From the NCBI RefSeq assembly GCF_009834535.1, contig NC_045697.1:120406001-120470000 (forward strand): a stretch of DNA of 64,000 nt. Reading direction: 5' to 3'. Positions 23,791 through 38,700 of this stretch are shown here, piece by piece. This DNA comes from Camelus ferus. Lineage: Eukaryota. The first letter of the stretch is position 1. Every line of letters starts with the position of its first letter. The notes under the pieces are model-generated. The model made no database searches, was not told the origin of the DNA, and saw only the letters and a program-made list of their open reading frames with translations. The translations under genes and the position numbers were made by a program.

Positions 23791-26700
23791 AGGCACTGCT
23801 GACAGTTATACATACCTCCTCAAACTAAGGAAAACAGAACACATCTTTGTGTGTGTGATGGAGTAGGAAAACACACTAAAGGCATGTTTCTGGGGTGCAG
23901 GTGTTACTAGGATTTGAGTCGTTGGCTAACTATCTCCACCGCCCATGGGAAGGCACTCTGGTTTTCTTCGTTTTCCAGCCCTACTCCCAGCTATCCTTTG
24001 CATCCCGGGTTAGGAAAACACCCAGGGATGACTAAGTCATTCTATCATAACCAGGGCGCTGCTATCTGTTGGAGGAACCTCCACACAATCAGGATTCCAG
24101 AACATTGCTTTGCTTGTGGGGAGTTGTGAAGCCCCACTGCACACTCAATCCTGGGAGCACATGATTTTCCTTGTTAGGGAGAAGTCCGCTAATTACCTCC
24201 ATAGTCCATCTCGGGGAACTCGCAGCTACTTGGATTTCCAGCCAAACCCCCAGTTTTCCCTCGCAGCCCCGTCTGGGAAAACACTCAGTGATAATACGCT
24301 AATGGGTGTATTGGAACCGAGTCGCTAACAATCATTGTAGGAACCTTCCCACAACTAGGATAACAGAAGGAATCATTGTGTGTCTGATGGTGATGGGTAA
24401 ACAAACTCCACGTATATTTCATGGGGTTCAGGTATTCCTAGCTTGTGGGCGTTTGGATAGTTAATTCCACTGCCCTTGGCTAGGCACTCGCTGCTTCTTG
24501 GCATTCCAGCCCATCCCCCAGGTTTCCCTCACAGCATGGCCTGGGAAAACACTCAGGGAAAAGAAGCTACAGGTGGTATTAGAACCCAGGAGGTGAATGA
24601 GAGTGTAGAAACCTCCCCACGCTCAGGATAACACAACAATATTTTATGTGTTTGATGATGTAGGAAAACACACTCCAGGTATTTTTCTGGGAGTACATGT
24701 GTTCCCAGGGTGGGAGACGCCGGCTAATTACCTCCAATGCCCATGGGGAGGCTCTCTGTTCCTCTTCACTTTCCAGCCAAACTGCAAGCGATCTCTTGCA
24801 TCCCGGTCTTGCAATACACCCAGGGATGACAATCTAATTGATTCTATCAGAACTCAGATGATGCTGTCTAATTTAGAAAATTGCACACACTCAGGATTCT
24901 GGATCACGGCTATGCTTGGTGGGAGGTTTGGAGACCCACTCCACAGAGATGGCTGGGGCCCAGGTTTTTCCCTGTTTAGTTAGAAATCCGCTAATTACCT
25001 CCACAGTCCATCTCGGGTCACTCGCTTCTACATGGCTTTCCAGCGCAAGAGCAGCATTCCCTAGCAGCCCGGCCTGGGAAAACAAATAGGGATAATAAGC
25101 CAGAGATTCTATTGGAACCCAGAGGTGGCAGACCATTGTAGGAAACTCCCCACACACAGGATAAGAGAACACTTCTTTGTGTGTCTCATGCATATGGGTA
25201 AACAAACTCCACGCATGTTTCATGGGGTTAAGGTGTTCCTAAGTAGTGGGAGTTCGGATAATAACCTCCACTGCCCATGGGGAGGCACTCACTGCTGCTT
25301 GTCTTTCCAGCCCAAACCCCAGCTTCCCTCGCAGTCCCACTTGGGAAAAAACTCAGGGAAATAAAGCAAATGGTGCTATTTGTACCCAGGCGGTGCTTAA
25401 ATTTGTAGAAACCTCCCAACACTCAGGATAAGAGAACACATCTTTATGTGTGTTGGAGAATGAAAACACACTCCAGGCATGTTTCTGGGGTACAGCTGTT
25501 CCCAGGTTTGGAGATGTCGGCTAATTACCTCCACTTCCCATGTTGAAGCACAATCTACTTCTACGCTTTGAAGACCAACTACCAGCTTTCCCTTGTAGCC
25601 CGGCCTAAGAAAACACCTAGGGATGACAATATTAGTGATTCTATCAGAACCCCAGCGTTGCTGTGTGTTGGAGGTTAACTACACTCAAATTTCAGGAACA
25701 AGGCTTTGCTGGGGGGGTGTTGTGGGGCCCCAAACCACACAGATGTCTGGGGGCACAGGATTTCCCTGTTTGGGAGAAGTCCTCTAATTACCTCTACAGT
25801 CAATCTCGGGGCACTCATTGCTACTCGGCTTTCCAGCCGATCCCCCAGCTTTCCCTCACAGCCCGCCATGGAATATACTCAGATATAATAAGCTAGTTTT
25901 TCTTTTGGAACACAGGCACTGCAGACCGTTGTAGAAACCTCCGCACACGCAGGATAACAGAACACATTTTTTCTGTTTGATTGAGATGGTAAAAACTCCA
26001 CGCATGTTTCAGGGCGTACAGGTGTTCCTAGGTTGTGGGAGGTCAGATAATTCCCACTACTGCCCATGTGTAGGTAATCGCTCCTGCTTGTATTTCCAGG
26101 CCATCCCCCAGTTTCCCTTGCAACCGTGCCTGAGGAAACAATCTGGAAATGTAGGTAAAGTTTCTATTAGAACAGAGACGCTGCTGACTGTTTTAGAAAC
26201 CTCCCCATACACAGGGTATCAGAACACTTCTTTGTGTGTGTGATGGAGTAGGAACACACAATCCATGCATATTACTGGGGTGCAGGTGTTACCAGGTTGG
26301 GAGACGTTGTCTAAATATCTCCAACAGCCCATGTGGAGGCACTCTGATTTTCTTAGTTTTCCAGCCCAACTCCCAGCTATCCCTTGTAGCCTGGGTTAGG
26401 AAAACACACAGGGATGAATAACTAATTGATTCTATCAGAACCAGGGCGCTGCTTTCTGTTGGATGAACCTCCAAACACTCAGGATTCTGGAAAACAGCTT
26501 TGCTAGTGGGGAGTTGTGAAACCCACTGCACACTCATTGCTTGAGGCACAAGTTTTTCCCTGTTATGGAGAAGTCCTCTAATTACCTCCATAGTCCATCT
26601 CTGGGCACTCGCTGCTACTTGGTTTCCAGTCCAAACCCCAGATTTCCCACAAAGCCCGGCCTGGGAAAACACTCATTTATAATATGCTGTTGGTTGTATT

Positions 26701-29700
26701 GGAACCCAGTCGCTACCTACAGTTCTAGTTACCTTCCCACACCTACGATAACAGAAGAAATATTTGTGTGTCTGATGTAGATGTGTAAACAAAATCCACG
26801 CAAGTTTCATGGGGCACAGGTGTTCCAAGGATGTGGGACGTCGGAAAATTACCTCAAATTTTCATGGGGAGTATCTCGCTGCTGCTACGAATTGCAGCCA
26901 AACCCACAGATTTACCTCTCAGCCAGACCTGTGAAAACAGTCACGGAAAAGAATATACTGGTGCTATTAGAACTCAGGCACTGCTAATATTGTAGAAACC
27001 TCCCCAAAAACAGGAAAACAGAACACTTCTTTGTGTGTGTGATGGAGTAGGAAAAGACATTCCATGCATCTTTCTGGGGTGCAGGTATTACCAGATTAGG
27101 AGACGTTGGCTAATTATCTCCACAGCCCATGGGGAGGTACTCTGTTTCTGTTCGTTTTCCAGCATTACTCCCAGCTTTCCCTTGAAGCCTGGGTTAGGAA
27201 AACACCCAGGGATGACAAACTAATTGATTCTATCAGAACCCCAGCGCTGCTGTTTGTTGGAGGAACCTCCACACCCACAGGATTCCCAAAAACTGCTTTG
27301 CTTGTGGTATTTGTGAAGCCCCACTCCACATACATTTCTGGGGGTACAAGTTTTTCCCTGTTAGGGAGAAGTCCGCTAATTACCTCTACAGTCCATGTCA
27401 GGGCACTCGCTGCTACTTGAATTTCCAGCCCAAACCCCAGGTTTCCCTTGCAGCACAGCCTGGGGTAAAACACAAGGAAGAGATGCTACAGTTCCTATTA
27501 GAAAACAAGCGATGCTGACAATTGTGGAAACCTTCGAACACTCAGGATAACAGAACACATCTTTCTTTGTGTGATGGAATAGGAAAACACAATCCAGGCA
27601 TTTTTATGGTGATCCAGGTTTTCTCAAGATGGGAGATGTCGGCTAAATAACTTCACTGCCCTTGGGGAGGCAATGTTTTCTTCTTCGTTTTCAAGTCAAA
27701 CTCCAAGTTTTCCCTTGCAGCACGAAATAGTGAAACACCCAGGGATGACTAATAAGTGATTCTATCAGAACCCCGGTGTTGCTGTCTGTTTGAGGAACCA
27801 CACACACTCAAAATTCAGTAACAAGGCTTTGCTTCGGGGGTGTTGTGGGGCCCCAAACCACACAGATGCCTGGGGGCACAGGTTTTCACTGTTTGGGAGA
27901 AGTCTGCTAATTACCTCTACATTCAAACTCTGGGCACTCGTTGCTATTTGGCTTACCATCCGAACCCCCAGCTTTCCCACGCAGCCCGCCCTGGTAAACA
28001 CTCAGAGATAATAAGCTAGTGGTTCTATTGGAATGCAGGCACTGCAGAACATTGAAGGAACTTCCGCACATGCAGTATAACAGAACACACTTTTTGTGTC
28101 TGATAGAGATGTTAAAATCTCCACGCATGTTTCAGGTGGTACAGGTGTTCCTAGGTTGTGGGTGGTCAGAAAATTCCCACTACTGCCCATGCAGATGTAC
28201 TCGCTCCTGTTTGGCTTTCCAGGCCATCCCCCAGTTTCCCTTGCAACCCAGCCTGAGAAAACACTCAGGAAATTAAGCTAAAGTTTCTATTAGAACCCAG
28301 GCACTGCTGACAGTTTTAGAAACTTCCCCATACACAGGGTAACAGAACACTACTTTGTGTGTCTAATGGAGATAGGTAAAGAATCTCCACGAATATTTCA
28401 AGCGGTTGAAGATTTCCTATGCTGTGGGAGGTCGGATAATTTACTCCAATGCTCATGGGGAGGTACTCTATTTTTCTTCTCATTCCAGGAGAACTCTCAG
28501 CATTCCCTTGCAGCCCGGGTGAAGAAAACACCCGAGGATGCCAAACTGAGTAATTCTATCAGAACCAAGGTGCTGTTGTCTGTTGGAGGAATATCCAAAC
28601 ACTCAGGATTCCGGAATACTGCTCTGCTTGGGGGATTTTTAGAGCCCCACACTACACAGAGGTCTGGAGCAAAGTTTTATCCCTGCTAGGGAGAAGTTTG
28701 CTCTTTACCTCCAGATTCTATTTTTGGGCAGTCACTGCTACTTGGTTTTCCATCACAAACCCTAGCTTTCCCTCGCAACCCTGCCTGGGAAATCACTCAG
28801 GGATAATAACCAAGTAGTACTATTGGAACCAAGACACTGCAGACTTTTATAGGATCCTCCCCACACCCAGGAAAACAGTACAATTCTTGGTGTGTCTGAA
28901 AGATCTGGGTAAACAAACTCCACGCATGTTTCAGGAGGCACAGTTGTTCCAAGGCTTTGGGACTTCAGAAAATTACCTCAAATTTTCATGGGGAGTATCT
29001 CGATGCTGCTACGAATTGCAGTCAAACCCACAGATTTACCTCACAGCCAGACCTGTGAAAAATCTCACGGAAAATTAAATACTGGTTCTATTATAACTGA
29101 GGCGCTGCTGACAGGTGTAGAAACCTCCCCACACTCAGGATAGCAGAACAAATCTTTGTGTGTGTGATGGTGTAGGAAAATACACTCCAGGCATGTTTCT
29201 GGGGGTACAGCTGTTCCCAGGTTTGGAGATTTCGCCTAATTACCTCCACTGCAAATGGGGTTGCACTCTCTACTTCTCCACTTTCCAGACCAACTCCCAG
29301 CATTCCATGGCAGCCCGGCCTAAGTAAACACCTAGGGTTGACAATATTAGTGATTCTATCAGAAAACTGGTGCTGCTGTCTGTTGGAGGAATCTACACAC
29401 ACACAGGATTCCCAAACACGGATTTGCTTGGGGGAGTTGTGAAGCCCCAATCCACACACAAGACTGGGGCACAAGAATTTCCCTGTTAAGGAGAAGTCCG
29501 CTAATTACCTCTACAGTCCATCTTGGGGCACTTGCTGCTACTTGGATTTCAGCCCATCCCACAGGTTTCCCTTGCAGCCCGGCCTAGGGAAACACACAGG
29601 GAAAAGAAGCTACTGGTGCTATTAGAAACCATGTGATGCTGACAATTGTGGAAAACTTCGAACACTCAGGATAACAGAACACATCTTCCTGTGTGTGTTG

Positions 29701-32700
29701 GAGTAGGAAAACACAATCCAGGCATTTTTCTGGGGTTCCAGGGTTTCCCAGGTTGGGAGATGTCAGCTAGATTCCTGCAATGCCGAAGGGGATGCACTGT
29801 ATTCTTCTTCATTTTCAAGCCCAACTCCCAGGTTTACCTCGCAGCACGAACTAGTGAAACACCCAGGGATTACTAATAAGTGATTCTATCAGAACCCCGG
29901 TGTTGCTGTCTGTTTGAGGAACCACACAGACTCAATAACCTGGAACATGGCTTTGCTTGGGGGGAGTTGTGGGGCCCCAAACCACACAGATGCCTGGGGG
30001 CACAGGTTTTCCCTGTTTGGGAGAAGTCCCCTAATTACCTCTACATTCAATCTCTGGGCACTCGTTGCTAATTGGCTTTCCAGCCCTACTCCCAGATTTC
30101 CCTTGCTGCTCGGCCTATGGAAACACCCAGGGATGACAAACTGTGTGATTCTATAAGAATCCTGACGCATCTCACTGTTGGTAGTACCTCCAGAAACTCA
30201 GGATTCCGGAACATGACTTTTATGTTGGGAGGTTGGAACACCACTCCACCCAGATGGCTGAGGGCACAGGATTTTCCCTGTTAGGGAGAAGTCCGCTAAT
30301 AACCTACACAGTCCATCTCGGGGCACTCGCTTCTACTTGGCATTCCAGTCCAACCCCCAGGTTTGCCTCGCTGCCCTGCCTGGGAAACACTCAGGAAATA
30401 TAAGCTAGAAGTTCTATTGGAACCCAGGAGCTGCAGAATGTTGTAGGAACCTCCCCACACCCAGGATAACAGAACACTTCTTTGTGTGTCTGATGGTTTT
30501 GGGTAAACATACTCTACGCGTTTTTCAGGGCGTACAGGTGTTCCTAGGTTGTGGAAGTTCAGATAATTACCTCCACTGCCCATTGGGATGCACTCGATGC
30601 AACTTGGCTTTCCAGCCCAACCCCCAGATTTCTCTCTCAGCTCGGCCTGGGAAAACACTCAGGGAAAAGAAGCTACTGGTGCTTTTAATACTCAGGCTCT
30701 GCCTACATTTTTATAAAACTCCCCACACTAAAGATAACAGGACACTTCTTTGTGTGTGTGATGGAGTAGGAAAAAACACTCCAGGCATTTTTCTGGAGTG
30801 CAGTTGTTCCCAGGTTGGGAGATGTTGGCTAATTACCTCCACTGACCATGGTGAAACACTCGATTTTTCTTCGCTTTCCAGGACTACTCCCAGCTTTCCC
30901 TTGCAGCCTGTCCTAGGAAAACACCCTGGGATGACAAACTAATTTTTTCTATCAGAATCACGGAGCTGCTCTCTGTTGGAGGATCCTCCAAACACTCAAG
31001 ATTCCGGAACTCTGCTTTGCTTTGGGGGAGGTGGGAGACCCTCTCCACACAGATGCCTGGTGGTACATTTTTTTCCCTTTTAGGGGGAAGTCCGCTAATT
31101 ACCTCCACAGTCAATTTCGTGGCAATCACTTCTACTTGGATTTCCAGACCTACCCCCAGTTTGCCCTCCGAGGCTGGCCTGGGAAAACACTGAGGGATAA
31201 TAAGCTATTGCTTCTATTAATACCCAGGCCCTGCAGACCATTGTAGGAACCTCCCCTGAAACATGATAACAGAACATTTCTTTGTGTGTCTGATGTAGTT
31301 GGGTAAACAAACTCCACGCATGTTTCAGTGGGTACAGGTGTTCCTAGGTTGTGGGATGTTGGATAATTAACTCCACTGCCCATGTGTAGGCACTCACTGC
31401 TGCTTGGTTTTGCAGCACATCCCCCAGATTATCCCTCTAATTACGGCCTGGGAAAACACACAGGGATAAAATGGTAGTGGTTCTATTGGAACCAAGGCTG
31501 TGCAGACCGTTGTAGGAACCTCTCCACACCCAGGATAACATAACACTTCTTTGTGTGTTTGATGGTGTTGTGTAAACAAACTCCACTAATATTTTAGGGG
31601 GTACAGGTGTTCCTAGATTGTGAGAGGTCGGAAAATTACCCCCACTGGCCATGGGGATGCGCTCGCTGCTGCTTGGCTTTCAGCACAACCCCCAGCTTTC
31701 CCTCACAGCCTGGCCTGGGAAAACACTCGGGGATAATAAGCTAGTGGTTCTATTGGAACCCAGGCGCTGCAGACCGTTATAGGAACCTCCCCACACATAG
31801 GATAACAGAAAAATTCTTTGTGTGACTTATAGAGCTGGGTAAAGAAACTCCACGAATGTTTCAGGGGATAGAGGTGTTCCTATGTTGTGGGAGGTCGGAT
31901 AATTTACTCCACTGCCCATGGGGAGGCAGTCTCTTCTTCTCCACATTCCAGCCCAACTCTCAGCTTTCCCTTGCAGCCTGGCCTAGGAAAACAACCAGGG
32001 ATGACAAACTAAGTAATTCTATCAGAACCACGGGGCTGCTATCTGTTGGAGGAACCTCCACACACTCAGGATTCCGGAATACTGCTCTGCTTGGGGGATT
32101 TTTGGAGCCCCACACTACACAGAGTTCTGGAGCAAAGGTTTATCCCTGTTAGGGCGAAGTTTGCTATTTACCTCCACAGTCCATCTTGGGGCACTCGCTG
32201 CTACTTGGATTTCCAGCCCAACCCCCAGCTTTCCCTCGCATCCCGGCCTGGGAAAACACTCTGGGATAATAACCTAGTAGTTCTATTTGAACCCAGACAC
32301 TGCAGAATTTTGTAGGAACCTCCCAAAACCCTGGAAAACAGAGCAATTCTGTGTGTGTCTGATGGATTTTGTTAAACAATCTCCACGCATTTTTCAGGGG
32401 GTACACGTGTATCTAGTTTGTGGTAGGTCGGATAATTAGCTACACTGCCCATGGGGAGGCAATCGCTGCTGCTTGGCTTTCCAGCCAATCCCCCATATTT
32501 CCCTCGCAGCCCAGCCAGGAAAATCTCTCAGTGAAAAGGAGCTACTGGTGCTATTAAAACCCAGGTGCTACTGAAATTTGTTGAGTCCTCCCAAGGCTCA
32601 TGATAACAGAACATTTCTTTGTGTTTGTGATGGTGTAGGGAAGCACACTCCAGGTATTTTCCTTGGGGTACAGGTTTTCCAATTTTTGGGAGATGTCGGA

Positions 32701-35700
32701 TAATTACCTCCACTTCCCATGGGGAGGCCCACTGTACTTCTGCACTTTCCAGCCCAACTCCGAGCTTTCCCTTGCAGCCTGGGCTAGGAAAACACCTAGG
32801 GATGGCAAAATAAGTAATTCTATCAGAACAAAGTTGCTGCTGTCTTTTGGAGGAACCTCCAGAAACTCAGGATTCCGAGTCATGTCTTTGGGGGAGGTGT
32901 GGAGCACCACTCCACACAGATGGCTGTGGCTGAGGATTTTCCCTCTTATGGAGAAGTCCACTAATTACCTCCACAGTCCATCTCGGGGCACTCGCTGCTA
33001 CTTGGCTTTCCAGCCCAACCCCCAGCTTTACCTCGCAGCCCGGCCTGGGAGGACACTCAGCGATAATAAGCTAGTGGTTGTACTGAAACTGAGGCGCTGC
33101 ATACCGTTGTAGAATCCTCCCCACACCCGGGATAACAGAACTCTTCTTTGTGTGTCTGATGGAGTTGGGTAAACATTCTCCAGGCATGTTTCTGGGGGTA
33201 CAGGTGTTCCCAGGGTGGGAGATGTCGGCTCATTCCCTACAATGACCATGGGGAGGCACTCTCTTCTTATTCGCTTTCCAGCCAATCTCCCATCTTTCCC
33301 TTGCAGCCCGGCCTAGTAATGCACCCAGGGATTACAAACTAAGTGATTCTACCAGAACCCAGGCGCTACTGTCCCTTGGAGGATCATCCACACCCTCAGG
33401 ATTCTGAGTCACGGCTTTGTTTGGGAGATGTGTGGAGACCCACTCCACACAGACGGCTGGGGGCACAGGTTTTACACTGTTAGGAAGAAGTCCGCTAGTT
33501 ACCTCCACAGTCCATCTCGGGTCACTCGCTCTTACTTGCCTTCCAGCCAAAAGCCAATCTTTCCCTCCGAGCCCGGCCTGGGAAAACAATCAAGGAATTT
33601 AAGCTAGTGGTCCTATTGGAACCCAGGAGATGCAGAACGTTGTAGGAACCTCCCCACACCAATGATTACAGAACAATTCTTTTTGTGTCTGATGGAGTTG
33701 GGTAAACAAACTCCACATATGTTTCAGGGGGCACAGGTGTTCCTAGGCTTGGGAGGGCAGAAAATTACGTCCAATGCCCATGAGGAGGCACTCGCTGCTG
33801 TGTGGAATTACAGCCCAACCCACAGCTTTCCCTCACAGCCCGGCCTGGGCAAAAACTCAGGGAAAAAAGATACTGGTGCTATAAATACCCAGGCGCTGCA
33901 GACAGTTGTAGAAAACTCCCCACCCTCAGGATAACAGAACACTTCTTTGTGTGTTTGATGGAGTAGGAAAACACACTACAGGAATGTTTCTGCGGATACA
34001 GGTGTTCCCAGGGTTGGAGATGTCGGCTAATTACCTCCACTAGCCAAGGGGTGGAACTCTCTTCTTCTTCACTTTCCAGCCCAACTCCCAGCTTTCCCTT
34101 GCAGTCCGGCCAAGGAAAACTCCCAGGGACGACCAACTAAATGATTCTATCAGAACACAGTTGCTGCTGTCTGTTGGAGGAACCTCCACACACTCAGGAT
34201 TCCGGAACACGCCTTTGCTATTGGGGAGGTGTGGACATCCACTCCACACAGATGGCGGGGGGCACAGGTTTTTCCCTGTTAGGGAGAAGTCCGCTAATTA
34301 CCTCCACAGTCCATCTCGGGGCACTCGATGCTACTTGGCTTTCCAGCCAAACCCCCATCTTTCACTCTCAGCCCGGCCTTGCAAAACACTCAGTGATAAT
34401 AATCCAGTATTTCTATTGGAACCCAGGTGCTGCAGACCATTGTAGGAACCTCCCCACACCCAGGATAACAGAACACTTCTTTCTGTTTCTGATGGATATG
34501 TGCAAACAAACTCCACGCATGGTTCAGGGGGCACAGGTGTTTCTAGGCTGTGGGAGGTTGGAAAAATTACTCCAATGCCAATGGGGAGGCACTCACAGCT
34601 GCTTGGAATTTTAGCCCATCCCCCAGCATTCCCTCGAAGCAAGGCCTGTGAAAACACTCAAGTAAAGGAAGCTACTGGTGCTATTTGAACCCAGGCACTG
34701 CTGAAAATTTTAGAAACTTCCCCACACTCAGGATAAGGGAACACTTCTTTGTGTGTTAGATGGAGAAGGAAAACACATTCCAGGCATGTTTCTGGGGATA
34801 CAGGTTTTCCCAGGGTGGGAGATGTCGGATAATTACCTCCAATCCCCATGGGGAGGCACTCTCTTCTTCTTCATATTCCAGCCCAACTCCCAGCTTTCAC
34901 TTGCAGCTTGCTTAGGAAAACACCCAGGGATGACAAACTAAGTGATTTTATCAGAACCCAGGCATTGCTGTCTGCTGGAGGAACCTCCACACACTCAGGA
35001 TTCAGAATACGGCACTGCTTGGGGGATTTGTGGAGCCCCACTCCACACAGATGGCTAGGGCAAAGGTTTTTCCTTGTTAGAAATAAGTTCTCTATTTATC
35101 TCCACAGTCCATCTCGGGTCAGGCGCTGCTACTTGGATATCCAGCCCAACCCCCAGCATTCCCTTGCAGCACGTCCTGGGAAAACACTCTGGGAAAATAA
35201 GCTAGAATTTCTATTGGAATCAAGGTGCTACAGAACGTTGTAGGAAACTCCTCACGCTCAGGATAACAGAACAAATCTTTGTGTGTGTGATGGACTAGGA
35301 AAATACACTCCAGGCATGATTCTGGGGGTACAGGTGTTCCCAGAGTGGGAGATGTCGGCTAATTACCTCCAATGCCCATGGGGTGGCACCCTCTTCTTCT
35401 AGTCTTTGCAGCCCAACTCCCATCATTCCCTTGTTGCCGGCCTAGGAAAACACCCAGGGATGCCAAACTAATTGATTCTATCAGAAACACGGAGCTGCTG
35501 TCTGTTGGAGGAACCTCCACATGCTCAGAATTCCGGAACACGGCTTTGCTTCAGGGAAAGTGTGGAGCTCCAATGAACACAGATGGCTGGGGGCACATAT
35601 TTTTCCCTGTAAGGGAGAAGTCCGCTAATTACCTCCAAAATCCATCTCAGGGCACTCGTGGCTACTTAGCATTCCAGCCCATCCCCCTGCTTTCCCTTGC

Positions 35701-38700
35701 AGCTCGGCCTGGGGAAACACTCAGTGATAATAAGCTAGTGGTTCTATTGGGACCTAGGCACTGCAGAAGGTTGTAGGAACCTACCCTCATTAAAATAAGA
35801 GAACACTTCTCTGTGTGTCTGATGGAGTTGTGTAAACAAACTCCACACATGTTTCAAGTGTTACTTGTGTTCCTAGTTGTGGGAGGTCGGATAATTACCT
35901 CCTATGCCCATGGGAAGGCACTCACTTCTGCATGGAATTCCAGCCCAAGCCCCAGCTTTTCCTAGCAACCTGGTTTGGGAAAAATCTCAGGGAAAGGCAG
36001 CTACTGGTGCTATTAGAACCCAGGTGCTGCTGACAATTGTAGAATCCTACCCACACTCCAGATAACAGAACACTTATTTGTGTGTTTGATGCAGCAAGAA
36101 AACACACTCCAGGAATGTTTCTGGGGATACAGGTGTTCCCAGGGTTGGAGATGTCAGCTAATTACCTCCACTGGCCAAGGGGTGGAACTCTCTTCTTCTT
36201 CGCTTTCCAGCCCAACTCCCAGCTTTCCCTCGCAGCCCGGGTTGGGAAAACACTCAGGGATAATATGCTATTGGTTGTATTGGAACCCAGTCGCTACCTA
36301 CCCTTGTAGGAACTTTTACACACCTAGGATAACAGAAGAAATATTTGTGTGTCTGATGGAGATGTGTAAACAAACTCCACGCATGTTTCATGCTGTTCAG
36401 GTTTTTCTAGGATGAGGGAGTTTGGATAATTACCTCCAATGCCCATGGGGAGGCAATCGCTGCTGCTTGGCATTCCAGCTCATCCCCAAGGTTTCCCTCA
36501 CAGCCCAGCATGGGAAAACACTCAGGGAAAAAAAGCTACAGGTTGTATTGGAACCCAGGCACTGTTAAGAGTTGTAGAAACCTCCCCATGCTCAGGATAA
36601 CACAACAATTCTTTGTGCGTTTGATGGTGTAGGAAAACACACTCCAGGCATTTTTCGGGGAGTGCATGTGTTACCAGGGTGGGAGATGTAGGCAAATAAC
36701 CTCCATTGCCCATGGGGATGCATTCTTTTCTTCTTCACTTTCCATCCAAGCTCCCAGCTTTCCCTTGCAGCCTGGTCTAGGAATGAACCCAGGGATTACA
36801 AACTATGTGATTCTATCAGAACCCCGTCGCTGCTGTCTGTTGGAGGAACCTCCACACAATTAGGATTTGGAAACATGGCTATGCTTGGGGGCAGGTGTGG
36901 AGCCATACTCCACACAGATTGCTGGGGGCACAGGATATACCCTGTTAGGGATAAGTCCGCTAATTACCTCCACAGTCCATCTCCTGTCACTTGCTGCTAC
37001 ATGGCTTTCCAGCAGAAGCGCAGCATTCCCTCGCAGCCCGGCCCGGGAAAGCAATCAGGGATAAGAAGCCACTGGTTCTATTGGAACCCAGGTGCTGCAG
37101 ATCATTGTAGGAAACTTCCCACACCAAGGATAAGAGAACACTTCTTTGTGTGTCTCATGCAGTTGGGTAAACAGACTCCACACATGTTTCAGGGGGTTAA
37201 GGTGTTCCTAGGTAGTGGGAGTTCGGATAATTACCTCCACTGCCCATGGGGAGGCACTCTCTGCTGCTTGGCTTACCAGCCCAAACTCCAGCTTCCCTCG
37301 CAGCCCCACCTGGGGAAACACTAAGGGGAAACAAGCAACTGGTGCTATTAGAACCCAGGCACTGTTGACAGACGTAGAAACCTCCCCAAACTCAGGATAA
37401 CAGAACACATCTTTCTGTGTGTGATGGAGTAGGAAAACACACTCCAGGCATGTTCCTCGGTTACAGCTCTTCGCAGGTTTGGAGATGTCGGGTAATTACC
37501 TCCACTGCCCATGGTGAGGCACTCTCTACTTCTTTGCTTTGCAGACCAACTCCCAGCTTTCCCTTGCAGCCCTGCCTTGGAAAACACCCAGGGATGACAA
37601 ACTAAGTAATTCTATCAGAACCACGGGGTTGCTATCTATTGGAGGAACCTCCACACACTCAGGATTCCGGAATACTGCTCTGCTTGGGGGATTTTTGGAG
37701 CCCCACACTCCACAGAGGTCTGGAGCAAAGGTTTATCCCTGCTAGGGAAAAGTTTGCTATTTACATCCAAATTCTATTTAGGGGCAGTCGCTGCTACTTA
37801 CTTTTCCATCCCAAACCATACATTTCCCTCGCAACCCTGCCTGGGAAATCACTCAGGGATAATAACCAAGTATTACTATTGGAACCCAGACACTGCAGAC
37901 CGTTATAGGATCCTCCCCACACCCAAGAAAACAGTACAAATCTTTGTGTGTTTCATGGATCTGGGTAAACAAACTCCAAGCATGTTTCAGGGGGCACAGT
38001 TTTTCCAAGGATTTGGGACTTCAGAAAATTACCTCAAATTCTCATGGGGTGTATCTCGCTGCTGCTATGAATTACAGACCAACCCACAGCATTACCTCAT
38101 TGCCAGACCTGTGAAAACTCTCACGGAAATGTAAATACTGGTTGAATTAGAACTGAGGCACTGCTGACAGTTGTAGAAACCTCCCCACACTCAGGATAGC
38201 AGAACAAATCTTTGTGTGTGTGATGGTGTAGAAAAATACACTCCAGGCATGTTTCTGGGGGTACAGCTCTTCCCAGGTTTGGAGATGTCGCCTAATTACC
38301 TCCACTGCCAATGGGGATGCACTCTCTAGTTCTTCGCTTTCCAGACCAACTCCCAGCAATCCCTGGAAGCCCGGCATAAGAAAACACCTAGGGATGACAA
38401 TATTAGTGATTCTATCAGAAACATGGCGCTGCTGTCTGTTGGAGGAATCTACACACACACAGGATTCCCAAACACGGCTTTGCTTGTGGGAGTTGTGAAG
38501 CCCCATTCCACACACAAGTCTGGGGCACAAGTTTTTCCCTGTTAAGGAGAAGTCCACTAATTACCTCTACAGTCCATCTCGGGGCATTTGCTGCTACTTG
38601 GATTTACAGCCCATCCCCCAGGTTTCCCTTGCAGCCTGGCATTGGGAAACACACAGGGAAAAGAAGCTACTGGTGCTATTAGAACCCATGTGCTGCTGAA

